From contig JAIOOX010000004.1 of the NCBI GenBank assembly GCA_021414225.1, forward strand, positions 66,206 through 130,205: DNA of 64,000 bases. Direction: 5' to 3'. Positions 46,471 to 56,168 of the stretch are shown here, in pieces; position 1 is the stretch's first letter, and every line of letters begins with the position of its first letter. Under the pieces are notes generated by a model that saw only the letters and a program-made list of their open reading frames with translations, ran no database searches and was not told the origin of the DNA. Source of the stretch: Candidatus Vogelbacteria bacterium (GTDB lineage Bacteria > Patescibacteriota > Minisyncoccia > Phycocordibacterales > XYD1-FULL-46-19). The translations under genes were made by a program, and so were the position numbers.

Positions 46471-47247
46471 ATGGAAAAAATAGACAGCTCAAACATTAAT
46501 GAAGAAAATGGTCACCAATTGAATCCTGTTGATCAAAAAAAATACGACAGTCAAAATGAAAACCGTATTAACGAATTATGGGACGCCCTAAAAACAAAAG
46601 AGGCGACTAGACAACAAGAAAACCGACAAATAATAAAAGAGCAAGCTCCTGTTTTATCGGAAGAAAACTTTCTCACCAAATCAGGCGACTATGTAGATTT
46701 CAGTCAAGCCAAATCAATTCCTGAAATCATAGAACAACTAGCCGAACTCGGTGAAATACAACACGGCAATGGTGAAAATATCCAAACCATACCAGCTGAA
46801 CAAATCATTACTTTAATCTATGACCGACTTTACAACCCTTACGCTGACTGGACCAAGATTACCTTACGCCACCGTTTACGAGAATCTATTTATAGACTAG
46901 CTGAAGATTTTAGAAAAACCCCAGACTATTTTAATAATTTAAACGCCAGCCAATACCTAAAGGCCACCAACCTTAATGAATTAAAATTATTTCTAGAAGA
47001 TGAGGTGGCTATCCCAGCCACTAATGGTCAGATCATGACCGGTTCTCAGGCGATTGAAGCCATTGAATATGGCCGACTCGACCTCCTCCCAGCTCAATTG
47101 AGATTTAAAATCATCTCTTTAAACAAACTCTCCGCCACCCAATCAAACCAAACTGCGCCAGCTGTGAGTCCAGCCAAATCTCAAACTTGGCGCCAATCAC
47201 TTACTAATACTTGGTCTTCAGTTAAGTCATTCTTCTCCAGGGGCTAG
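46471..47247 (+). CDS. Hypothetical protein
   Basis: 258-aa ORF, no recognisable motif. Confidence 0.35.
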   Translation: MEKIDSSNINEENGHQLNPVDQKKYDSQNENRINELWDALKTKEATRQQENRQIIKEQAPVLSEENFLTKSGDYVDFSQAKSIPEIIEQLAELGEIQHGNGENIQTIPAEQIITLIYDRLYNPYADWTKITLRHRLRESIYRLAEDFRKTPDYFNNLNASQYLKATNLNELKLFLEDEVAIPATNGQIMTGSQAIEAIEYGRLDLLPAQLRFKIISLNKLSATQSNQTAPAVSPAKSQTWRQSLTNTWSSVKSFFSRG

Positions 47248-47292
47248 TTATCCTCAGACCAGATAACAGTGTGATATAGTAATCACACTTTC

Positions 47293-49230
47293 ATGATTAA
47301 ATCTGACTTAAACTCGAAACAGCAAGAGGCAGCTGACCACCAGACTGGCCCTTTGTTAATCATCGCTGGAGCCGGAGCTGGTAAGACCAAGACTATTACT
47401 CACCGTATTTTGAACTTGATTAATGCTGGTGTCGCTCCAGAATCCATTTTAGCTGTTACCTTCACCAATAAAGCCGCTCAAGAAATGTCTGAACGGGTCA
47501 CCAAACTACTTAAAGCCAACAACGACACCAAAAATCCCAACCCCTTCCAGAATCCAGCCAAACCTTTTGTCAGCACGTTTCATGGCCTAGGGGTTCATAT
47601 TATGAGAAATCATGGTGATCGCATTGGAGTGTCAAAATACTTTTCGATTCTCGACCGCGATGACTCTATCCGTCACATCAAAGAAGCCATGAAAGGCCTC
47701 AGTATTGACCCAAAACAATTTGAACCTAGGAAAGTCCTGAGTAAGATTTCTCACTTCAAAGGTAAAGGTTTCACCTATGGTGACTACCAGCAAGAAGCAA
47801 ACAAACACCCGTTCGGCCAGATTATCGCTTCTATTTGGCAAAACTACGATCTCCAAATTGCTAAACAAAAAGGGTTAGATTTTGACGATTTATTATTAAA
47901 AACCGTCACCCTCCTAAAACGTTATCCAGATGTTTTAGCCTATTATCAAGAGCAGTGGCAATACTTGCACATTGATGAATACCAAGACACTAACGGTATT
48001 CAATACGCTTTAGTCCAAATGTTGGCTAGTAAACGTCGAAATATTTGTGTCGTCGGTGATGTTGATCAATCAATTTATAGTTGGCGAGGGGCCAATTATG
48101 AAAACTTGATGCGGTTTGAAGAAGACTACCCAGAAGCAACCACCATTTTGTTAGAACAAAACTACCGTTCAACGAAAACTATTCTGGCTGGAGCTAATGC
48201 TATTATCAAAAAAAATACGGCTCGCCGGGAAAAGAATTTATTTACTGATAATCACGAGGGTGAGAAAATTACTCTAACTGCTGCCCTCGACGAAAAAGGG
48301 GAGGCTAATTTTATTGCTGAGACTTGTAAAACTTTAACTCAAAGTGGTGTCAGACCGGATCAAATAGCCGTCTTGTATCGAGCCAACTTTCAATCACGTA
48401 GTATTGAAGAAGCTCTCCTTAAAAGAAATGTACCTTACCAAGTGCTAGGGGTACGCTTTTTTGAACGCCAAGAAATTAAAGATATTTTAGGTTATGTTAA
48501 ATTCGCCCTCAATCCTGACGATTTAGAAAATCTGAAACGCATTATCAATGTGCCCACTCGCGGGATCGGCAAAGTGACCCTGGCCAAAATCGCCACCGGT
48601 CAGGCTGACACCTTACCAGCCAAGGCTCGTTTAGCCTATCACGAGTTCACTATCATTATCGATAATATTCGCCAATTTATTACCTCTCACTCCACTCAAG
48701 AGACTTTGAAATATGTTTTGGAACAAAGTGGTTTAGAAAAAGCCTTACGAAACAGCACCGAAGAAGATTTGGAAAGATTAGAAAATATAAAAGAATTAGT
48801 TAGTCTAGCCGAAAAATTTAATCCCGTGTCTGGTGAAGAAGGTTTATTGTCACTAATTTCGGAAGCAGCTTTAGTGTCAGATCAAGATACACTCGGCACA
48901 GCTAAAACTGGTGTTCGCCTGATGACTATTCACGCTTCCAAAGGGTTGGAGTTTCACACAGTCTTTATCACTGGTCTCGAACAAGGTTTGTTTCCGCACC
49001 AAGGTTTTGGTAGTGATGAGGGCCGAGATGATGAAGAGGAGAGGCGCTTATGCTACGTGGCCCTCACTCGAGCGGAACACAAATTGTATTTGAGTTATGC
49101 CCAGACCAGAAATATTTTTGGTTCCCGTCAGGTTAATATGCCATCAGAATTTATACTTGACCTACCAGATGAACTAGTAGAAGCTGAGGTGGTAGATAGT
49201 AGTGACACTATTGAATACTTAGACTTTTAA
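47293..49230 (+). CDS. uvrD: UvrD/PcrA-family ATP-dependent DNA helicase
   Basis: Motif I AGAGAGKTKTITHRI, motif III VGDVDQSIYSWRGA, C-terminal motifs. Confidence 0.9.
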   Translation: MIKSDLNSKQQEAADHQTGPLLIIAGAGAGKTKTITHRILNLINAGVAPESILAVTFTNKAAQEMSERVTKLLKANNDTKNPNPFQNPAKPFVSTFHGLGVHIMRNHGDRIGVSKYFSILDRDDSIRHIKEAMKGLSIDPKQFEPRKVLSKISHFKGKGFTYGDYQQEANKHPFGQIIASIWQNYDLQIAKQKGLDFDDLLLKTVTLLKRYPDVLAYYQEQWQYLHIDEYQDTNGIQYALVQMLASKRRNICVVGDVDQSIYSWRGANYENLMRFEEDYPEATTILLEQNYRSTKTILAGANAIIKKNTARREKNLFTDNHEGEKITLTAALDEKGEANFIAETCKTLTQSGVRPDQIAVLYRANFQSRSIEEALLKRNVPYQVLGVRFFERQEIKDILGYVKFALNPDDLENLKRIINVPTRGIGKVTLAKIATGQADTLPAKARLAYHEFTIIIDNIRQFITSHSTQETLKYVLEQSGLEKALRNSTEEDLERLENIKELVSLAEKFNPVSGEEGLLSLISEAALVSDQDTLGTAKTGVRLMTIHASKGLEFHTVFITGLEQGLFPHQGFGSDEGRDDEEERRLCYVALTRAEHKLYLSYAQTRNIFGSRQVNMPSEFILDLPDELVEAEVVDSSDTIEYLDF

Positions 49231-49238
49231 ACCAGCCA

Positions 49239-50099
49239 ATGAAAATTACTGCAAAAAAATCACTTGGGCAAAATTGGCTCAACTCACCAAGTGCTATAAA
49301 TAAAATAGTGACGGCCGGGGAGATTAAACCCACCGACACTATTTTAGAAATTGGTCCTGGCCGAGGCGCTTTGACGAAAGCTTTACTCGCCACTGGCGCC
49401 AAAGTAGTGGCTATTGAAAAAGACCATCAATTGATCAGCGACTTAGAAAATACTTTTGAACCAGAATTAAAAAACGGGCAGCTACAATTACTAGAAGGGG
49501 ATATATTGCAGGCAAGTGAGCTATTAAGTTTGAAGAATATTGCACAGGCTGACCGAGCCGAGCATAGCAATTTTCCAGCAGGAAAATATGCGCATTCTGA
49601 AAACCTAATAGCGAGCAGTTATAAGGTAATCGCTAATATCCCATACTATATTACCGGGGAGTTATTACGTTTATTTTTTGAAACAACAAATCAACCAAGT
49701 CTAATGGTCTTAATGGTCCAAAAGGAAGTAGCCGAAAGAATTGTGGCTCGTGATGGCAAAGAAAGTATTTTATCCATCAGTGTCAAAGTTTACGGTACAC
49801 CTAAAATCATTGCGACCGTGCCGGCCGGCGCTTTTATCCCAAAACCAAACGTGGATTCCGCTATTTTAGCTATAACCAATATCAATCACCAAGCTTTCCC
49901 TAACACACAAACAGAAGTGGACTTTTTTGCTATTGTTAAACAGGGTTTCGCCCAAAAAAGAAAATTAGTCAAAAATAATATAAACTGTTCAGAAGAAATT
50001 ATGACTAAATGTAATTTAAATATTAAAGCCCGGGCAGAAACGTTAACCGTTAGCGACTGGCTTTGTCTCACTAAAAACCTAAAACATAATGACCACTAA
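49239..50099 (+). CDS. rsmA: 16S rRNA (adenine1518/1519-N6)-dimethyltransferase RsmA/KsgA
   Basis: SLGQNWL, ILEIGPGRGALT SAM motif, NIPYYIT. Confidence 0.85.
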   Translation: MKITAKKSLGQNWLNSPSAINKIVTAGEIKPTDTILEIGPGRGALTKALLATGAKVVAIEKDHQLISDLENTFEPELKNGQLQLLEGDILQASELLSLKNIAQADRAEHSNFPAGKYAHSENLIASSYKVIANIPYYITGELLRLFFETTNQPSLMVLMVQKEVAERIVARDGKESILSISVKVYGTPKIIATVPAGAFIPKPNVDSAILAITNINHQAFPNTQTEVDFFAIVKQGFAQKRKLVKNNINCSEEIMTKCNLNIKARAETLTVSDWLCLTKNLKHNDH

Positions 50100-50574
50100 A
50101 AAAAAGTTAATCTTAGTATTATTTGGTCTATTATTTACAGGAGTGGTTGTTTTTTGTTTGAGTCAACCTAACCTTCTCCCCGTATTACCAATCAAACACA
50201 CTTCCGGGCAATCCCCACTAAAGACTGAGGTACTAACTATTGGTCAAACCAAAATAAAAGCAGAGATAGCCGACACCGAGACAACTCGTAATCAAGGTCT
50301 ATCCAACCGAAAAAGTTTAACTAAAAATACTGGAATGTTATTTATCTTTGACAAACCTGGTTTTTATGGCTTTTGGATGAAAGAGATGAGATTTTCTTTA
50401 GATATAATTTGGATCGACGAGTCTTGGAAAATAATCGATATTACTAAAAACGTTTCTCCAAAATCTTTTCCCACCACCTATGTGGCTAGCGAGCCAGTTA
50501 AATATGTTTTAGAAGTGCCGGCTGGTTTTACTACTCAAAACAACCTAGATATCGGCGATATCTTTACTCGTTAA
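50089..50574 (+). CDS. DUF192-domain protein
   Basis: N-terminal TM plus the GMLFIFD...FWMKEMRFSLDIIWID pattern of DUF192. Confidence 0.7.
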   Translation: MTTKKKLILVLFGLLFTGVVVFCLSQPNLLPVLPIKHTSGQSPLKTEVLTIGQTKIKAEIADTETTRNQGLSNRKSLTKNTGMLFIFDKPGFYGFWMKEMRFSLDIIWIDESWKIIDITKNVSPKSFPTTYVASEPVKYVLEVPAGFTTQNNLDIGDIFTR

Positions 50575-50583
50575 ATATTTTGC

Positions 50584-50952
50584 CTACAAAGAAGTTCCTA
50601 CCATAAAAATACGAGGAGCAATCATGATCGGCTTACAAGGGTGGTCTCCACCCACAAAGATCACACACACATCAGCTGCCACATAAGTACCCATAATAAA
50701 AGTGCCAGGTTTCCACAAATCAAAGAAAGGGTAAAGAATACTACCAATGCCAAAGATTAAAAACGGGTATGAGGTATTACCGATTGGTCGATTAATAATT
50801 AGGAGATTTAAACTACATACACAGGGGATGGTGGCAATAATTTGACCCCCAAAAGGTAAACCTGGGCCAGCTAAAGCGGGAAAAGGAGCAGCTAAAATCA
50901 AAACCAGCCAACTGACAAGGAACCATTTAGTAAAAGTTTTTACTCTATTCAT
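50584..50952 (-). CDS. Hypothetical integral membrane protein
   Basis: 122 aa, 3-4 TM segments. Its start overlaps the stop of the upstream gene. Confidence 0.35.
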   Translation of the reverse strand: MNRVKTFTKWFLVSWLVLILAAPFPALAGPGLPFGGQIIATIPCVCSLNLLIINRPIGNTSYPFLIFGIGSILYPFFDLWKPGTFIMGTYVAADVCVIFVGGDHPCKPIMIAPRIFMVGTSL

Positions 50953-51908
50953 TAGAGGGATAATTTAAAAGTTTTTGTATTACTAATCTTACCACTATCA
51001 TCTTCAACATAAATACCAACTGGTAAATCTAAATTATAACCACCAACAGAGACAGACATATCTGACGGTACCAGACTAGCCCCACCGTGAACAGGTGAGT
51101 AAATATTTACCACCCCACCAGAAACAGAAACAGTATTCCCATCAGGATCCTTCAGAGTGTCAGTGACATTTAAAGGACTTTTACCTAGAGGATTTTCAAC
51201 TACCACTTTTAAAGTTTTCCCATCGGAAGATCTGACCCTGGTTTTTCTGTTACCACCAACCGAGACAGTATTACCAGTAGTAGAAGTTGAAAAGCCAGCA
51301 CCAGTGATAGTGACACTGGTGTTAACACCCCCATTTTCGGGTGAGATTTTGCTAATTTTAACCTTACTAGAAACTGAGACCGACGGTAAATTGTCACCAT
51401 TAGACCCGTTAATGTTAAACGGCTTACCTCCGCCATAGGTAACTCCCGTCAACTCTTGAAGTGGTGGTGGTTCAGCTGGAATAGTAACACCGATCAAATT
51501 ACCAGGATTAAAGTTGGTAATAGCATTAAAAACATGTCCACCTGTTTCATTACCATAAAGCTCATTTAATACCGCCCTAGTGAGTTGACCCAAAATTCCG
51601 GTTCCTTTTTCTAAACCCAACGGTTCTAAAATAACATCCCCAAATTTTTCTTGAAATTTTGATAGGGCAGAGACCGTTTTAGCTCCAAAAAACTCAGTCT
51701 CCTGTCCAGGAGACCCCGGCCCAGACAAAGACACCTGGGTATTCGGGTCTTTGTTTAACAATTCTTGAAGTTTTTTAACATCTGATCCACTGTCACCTAA
51801 CTTTAAGTTTTTATCTAGACTAGCTAAAACTGGGCTAGAAATAAAAAAGGTGGCTATAATAATTAAAACTAAAAGCCAATGGGTTTTCATTAAAAAATTA
51901 TAGCACAA
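50952..51908 (-). CDS. Secreted protein with an N-terminal putative peptidoglycan-binding (PGBD1-like) domain and an Ig-like/beta-rich C-terminus
   Basis: Signal peptide. LKLGDSGSDVKKLQELLN...FFGAKTVSALSKFQEKFG resembles PG_binding_1. Thr/Ser/Gly/Val-rich beta region. Confidence 0.45.
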   Translation of the reverse strand: MCYNFLMKTHWLLVLIIIATFFISSPVLASLDKNLKLGDSGSDVKKLQELLNKDPNTQVSLSGPGSPGQETEFFGAKTVSALSKFQEKFGDVILEPLGLEKGTGILGQLTRAVLNELYGNETGGHVFNAITNFNPGNLIGVTIPAEPPPLQELTGVTYGGGKPFNINGSNGDNLPSVSVSSKVKISKISPENGGVNTSVTITGAGFSTSTTGNTVSVGGNRKTRVRSSDGKTLKVVVENPLGKSPLNVTDTLKDPDGNTVSVSGGVVNIYSPVHGGASLVPSDMSVSVGGYNLDLPVGIYVEDDSGKISNTKTFKLSL

Positions 51909-51991
51909 CTAAAAAAGTTATCGTTATCCCCGTTATTTAAGAACTTCTATCAACAAACAGTAACTGATATACTATAATTACTAACAGACGT

Positions 51992-52696
51992 ATGACTATT
52001 CGTAAGGTACTTTTTATATTAATAGGCTTAATGATATTAAGTGGTGTTTTGTTGGTAGTTTGGAAACTAGGAGATAAGACTATACAACAAAAACAACAAC
52101 AAGCCGCCGCCGAACAAGCAGCTATTTTAGCCAAAGAGGAACGGGCTAAAATGGTGGCCCTGATTCAAACCATCAACGGAGAAGAGTTTGAGCACTTTGA
52201 TACTGCTACTTGGCCCAAGTTTATTCTAGCCAGTCAACTCAACATCCAAAAAAGTACATCAACTAAAGATGTCCAATCTTATGGTTTGGCTGTAACTAAT
52301 TTAATGAGACCTTTAGTTATTTCGGCCACCCTGCCATCTGAATTATTATTGGAAGCCTACGAAAAAGGAACCCCAGAATCAACCAAACAATTGGATGAAC
52401 TAGCTCAAAATTTCAATTCGGCCACCACCAACTTAAGCCAATTATCTGTTCCAGCCAATGCCGAAGTGGCTCACTTACGCCTAGTTAACAGCCTTCAGCG
52501 CTACAGTTTTATCCTAAACAATATGAATCAAATTAGTAAAAACCCAGTCTGGGCCCTAGAAGCCAGCCAAGACCATAAACAGGTTTTTGAAGAGCTGGTT
52601 AACGACTTGATGTTCATGAATGCTTTTTTTTCGGAACATAAAATAAAAATCTCCAAACAGAACCAGATCCAATTATATATTCCAAATACTCAATGA
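51992..52696 (+). CDS. Hypothetical membrane-anchored protein (first gene of the T4SS-like block)
   Basis: N-terminal TM VLFILIGLMILSGVLLVVW. Stop overlaps the next start (ATGA). Confidence 0.35.
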   Translation: MTIRKVLFILIGLMILSGVLLVVWKLGDKTIQQKQQQAAAEQAAILAKEERAKMVALIQTINGEEFEHFDTATWPKFILASQLNIQKSTSTKDVQSYGLAVTNLMRPLVISATLPSELLLEAYEKGTPESTKQLDELAQNFNSATTNLSQLSVPANAEVAHLRLVNSLQRYSFILNNMNQISKNPVWALEASQDHKQVFEELVNDLMFMNAFFSEHKIKISKQNQIQLYIPNTQ

Positions 52697-55600
52697 CCAG
52701 TTTTTTAAAAAAATCGATCAGTTTAGTCACTATCACTTTTTTGGTGTTACAACCCTTTTTAATTATTAACTCCTATTCAGTTTCGATTATTCCGACAGCT
52801 GTCGCTCAAGACAACTCCGACTGTCAAGGTAACCCAAATTGTACCGGGGAGTATTGGGTAGATCCAAGTGCCAATGAAGGGAACACCGCTGAATCAAATC
52901 CTGATATTGCTAGAGCCCAAGCTGATCGAGAAAAAAAGGATGCGGAAGCAGCTAAAAAAGAAGCTGAAAATGCTCAAAAACTTCAGGAAGAAGACAAGAA
53001 AAAATGTGAGTCCATGCTCAACGGAGGTAAGGACCAAGGTGGAACTCTTGGTAAGGCTTTTAAAAACATTTTCACCAAAGCAGCGACTGGTCTTTTAGGT
53101 TCTCAACTCCCACCAGAATTCAGAGGTATTTTTAATAACACTATAAACACCGCTATCAACGATCCAGCCAACTTAGGTGTGGCCATGCAAGAGTCTTTAG
53201 GTTCTACCATTATCGCTGGAACCAACAAAGCTTTTTCTCAAAATTTTGAACGGGCCATTAATCAAGAAACCAACGGTGGTCAACTACCAATGACCGAAGC
53301 CCGACTAAAAGAAATTGTTGGCGAAGTTTTATCTGTTTCTACAAAAAGTGCTCTACCAGAGGCTACTCAAGCAGCTATGGATCAAGGACTAGCTGGCGCT
53401 ATCCGCAATACTTTAAAAACAAAAACACCCGAACTAGCTTCTGGTTGGGTAGAAGCAGGAGTAGCTAATAATTTCAACGAAAACGGGGCTGACGAATTAA
53501 GAGCTCAGATTGGTGGGCCCCTATTCTCTTTATTGTCTGACCACGCCCGACAAACTCAAAACGACTCTCTCAATCTAAACGGAGCTGATGCTGGGGACTT
53601 ACAAAAGTTTGCTAACACAATTATTGAATTTTTTGTTTCCTCTATTATTACCCAGCTAGAGAACACCACCACAGCAACTGCCATCAATACTGTTTATGAT
53701 GAGGAAGGTAATGTGGTTAGCACTAGTACAACCCAAAGAACCCAAGGCCCCTTAAATCAAAAGGTTGGTCAAGAAGTATTTGATGGACTCAGCACCCTGT
53801 TTGGGACCAATGGATCACCGATTGATAGTGAGGTAGAGAAGAGAATCGCTGAGTTACCAATCGAATCTCTAATTACCGATAGTGGTTTCGCTAGCGCTAA
53901 ACGTAAAATTTTAAGTAACCCGGAAACTCAAAGGGTTTTAAATGGTAATCTAGAAAAACTTCATACCGCCATTCCTTTTAATACTATTGCCAACAGCGTA
54001 AACACAGCCGGTTTAGTTAGTGGAAGCGGTCAGGTCAATATCCAAAAAACAGTCGAGCAGGTAATGATTCAGTTTACTAGTTCTGTTTCTTCTGGTGGAG
54101 GTGGTGGATCAAATGGTAACCCCCTAATTCAGCGAGCAGTTGGTGATGTGGCTGGAAATTTAAGTCAGTCTGTTGGTGGTTTCTTACAAAATTCAAACGG
54201 GGATTTCGCAGGAATTTCAGAATCATTTCAATCTGGATTATCAAACGGCCTTGGCGATATGACTGGAAACCTAGCTAATGGGTTACTAGATAAAGCCTTA
54301 GGAGATACCCCTTTCGCAGGAGTAGTGGATGTCTCTTTTTTAACTGACAGTTTAAGTAGTAGTGTCACCAATCTTTTTGACGGAGTCTTTAATGGTGAAG
54401 GTTTTAATATTGGATCAGCTTTTAGTGACGGTTTTGCTAATTTTAGTTCTGGTTTAGCTCAAGCCGCTTTAGGTGCCGTCCTCGATTTGGCTGGTATTCC
54501 AAAACCAATCGCTAGTATTGTTCAAGGGGTAGTGGATACAGCTACTGCCGTTATTATTCCTTTTGTTCCAAATCGAGAGCAAATGGGCCCGGAACTGACT
54601 GCTTCCAAAAAAACCGCAGCGGCCACTGGTGGGACTCAAGAAAATACCTCTCAAATCAACCAGACAACTCGTAGTCAGGAACAATTAGATGTAGAAGCTT
54701 GTACTAAGTTACGAGCAATTGACCGCAAACAAAACGCCGAAGAACAAAAACAAAAAGTAGAGGAGCCTGATCTAGCCCGTAAGGCAGCTACCGAATTAGA
54801 AAAATACCGTCAAGGTCTACTAGATTGGGTTAAAAAAGGTTATGACAGCACCGGCCAAGGACCTGATAGTCCTTTATATGTTGAAAACACCGACCAACAT
54901 TTAACTAACGTTAAAAAAGAAGCTGGCGAAGTTTTTTATGACGGCCTTAAAAATTCCCCAGACGCTTTCAAAGACCAGACGGAAACCACTCTCCGCAAAA
55001 CAGATCAACCTAATACCCCAGCTTCTGGTGCATACATTGATAAACAACAGTATGATAAATTTGCCACTGGCCGAATAACAAACACTGATGAATGGTGGAA
55101 GACTTATTTTGCTGTAACTGACCCTTTTCATCCAAACTCCCCACAAAATTCACTCAGTTTAGGTCAGACAGTCAAAAACACAGTTGAAACAAAAGCAGTT
55201 GAGCAGGCTAAAGAGGAAATTCAGGCTAGTAACGGTTTTCTCCCAGTTAGAGTTTGTGAAGAATTCACCGCCAATGGTCAAGCTTGTAAACGCTGGAAAA
55301 CGACTACCCCAGCTATTGAAATTAAAGACAGCGTCACGAAAGCTCTAGCTACTAGAGTCGACCAGTATCTAGACCCTAAACTAGGAGCTATCACCGAGGG
55401 TAACCAACCAAGTGTGGAAGAGCTTAGAAACTTCACCCCCCAGACTTCTGGTGGGGGAGGAAATGGACCAGGTACCAAAAATTCTTCCAATATCTTACAG
55501 ACCATCTTAGCTTTCCTTAATACCCTTCGAACCCAACAAGGAAATCAAGGCTCCTTAACACTAAATTATAGTTTGATTAACTCAGCCGGATCACCTTCTT

Positions 55601-55950
55601 CTATTAAACTTTCTTGGCAAGGAAGCAACGTATTGGCCTGCTCTGTCGACAATGACTGGATTGGCCCTGGCCTTAGTCCAAACTTTGTCAGCGTAATCAA
55701 AAGCCAAGGAGATGCCCTCGACACTTCTGGTAGTTTCACTTTTGGAGCACCGCTTACTTTTGACTTACGTTTTTCTCGGACAAGGGCCTCAAGCACTCCA
55801 CCCGAGCAATCAATCGTTGTTGTTACCGTTAACCGTGATCCAGGTTTATACCAACAGAAAAATATCACCTTACCAACCGATCTAAAACCTGGTGATCTGG
55901 CCATTTATCGACAACTTATCATTATCGGTGCCTATTGGTACAGATACTAG
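52693..55950 (+). CDS. Large (1085 aa) secreted or cell-surface protein of the T4SS-like cluster
   Basis: Signal/TM N-terminus. Low-complexity Gly/Ser/Asn/Ala-rich extracellular body with GGGGGSNG tracts. No catalytic motif recognised. Confidence 0.45.
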   Translation: MTSFLKKSISLVTITFLVLQPFLIINSYSVSIIPTAVAQDNSDCQGNPNCTGEYWVDPSANEGNTAESNPDIARAQADREKKDAEAAKKEAENAQKLQEEDKKKCESMLNGGKDQGGTLGKAFKNIFTKAATGLLGSQLPPEFRGIFNNTINTAINDPANLGVAMQESLGSTIIAGTNKAFSQNFERAINQETNGGQLPMTEARLKEIVGEVLSVSTKSALPEATQAAMDQGLAGAIRNTLKTKTPELASGWVEAGVANNFNENGADELRAQIGGPLFSLLSDHARQTQNDSLNLNGADAGDLQKFANTIIEFFVSSIITQLENTTTATAINTVYDEEGNVVSTSTTQRTQGPLNQKVGQEVFDGLSTLFGTNGSPIDSEVEKRIAELPIESLITDSGFASAKRKILSNPETQRVLNGNLEKLHTAIPFNTIANSVNTAGLVSGSGQVNIQKTVEQVMIQFTSSVSSGGGGGSNGNPLIQRAVGDVAGNLSQSVGGFLQNSNGDFAGISESFQSGLSNGLGDMTGNLANGLLDKALGDTPFAGVVDVSFLTDSLSSSVTNLFDGVFNGEGFNIGSAFSDGFANFSSGLAQAALGAVLDLAGIPKPIASIVQGVVDTATAVIIPFVPNREQMGPELTASKKTAAATGGTQENTSQINQTTRSQEQLDVEACTKLRAIDRKQNAEEQKQKVEEPDLARKAATELEKYRQGLLDWVKKGYDSTGQGPDSPLYVENTDQHLTNVKKEAGEVFYDGLKNSPDAFKDQTETTLRKTDQPNTPASGAYIDKQQYDKFATGRITNTDEWWKTYFAVTDPFHPNSPQNSLSLGQTVKNTVETKAVEQAKEEIQASNGFLPVRVCEEFTANGQACKRWKTTTPAIEIKDSVTKALATRVDQYLDPKLGAITEGNQPSVEELRNFTPQTSGGGGNGPGTKNSSNILQTILAFLNTLRTQQGNQGSLTLNYSLINSAGSPSSIKLSWQGSNVLACSVDNDWIGPGLSPNFVSVIKSQGDALDTSGSFTFGAPLTFDLRFSRTRASSTPPEQSIVVVTVNRDPGLYQQKNITLPTDLKPGDLAIYRQLIIIGAYWYRY

Positions 55951-56168
55951 CCCAGCAACAATTTTGTCTAACTTGAGACAAGCTATCAGCAACGTCCAAA
56001 GTTCCGATGAAAACCCATTACAGAAAGCAGAATTTTTGAAATACTCTTTCTCTGAACCAGAAGTGGCTAGAAAAATGATTACAGTCAAACCAAAAACTAC
56101 TTATAGTATTTCTTGTGTTGATAAACAAGGCAACAACATCAAAAAAAGTGTTACAATAGGGCTATAAT

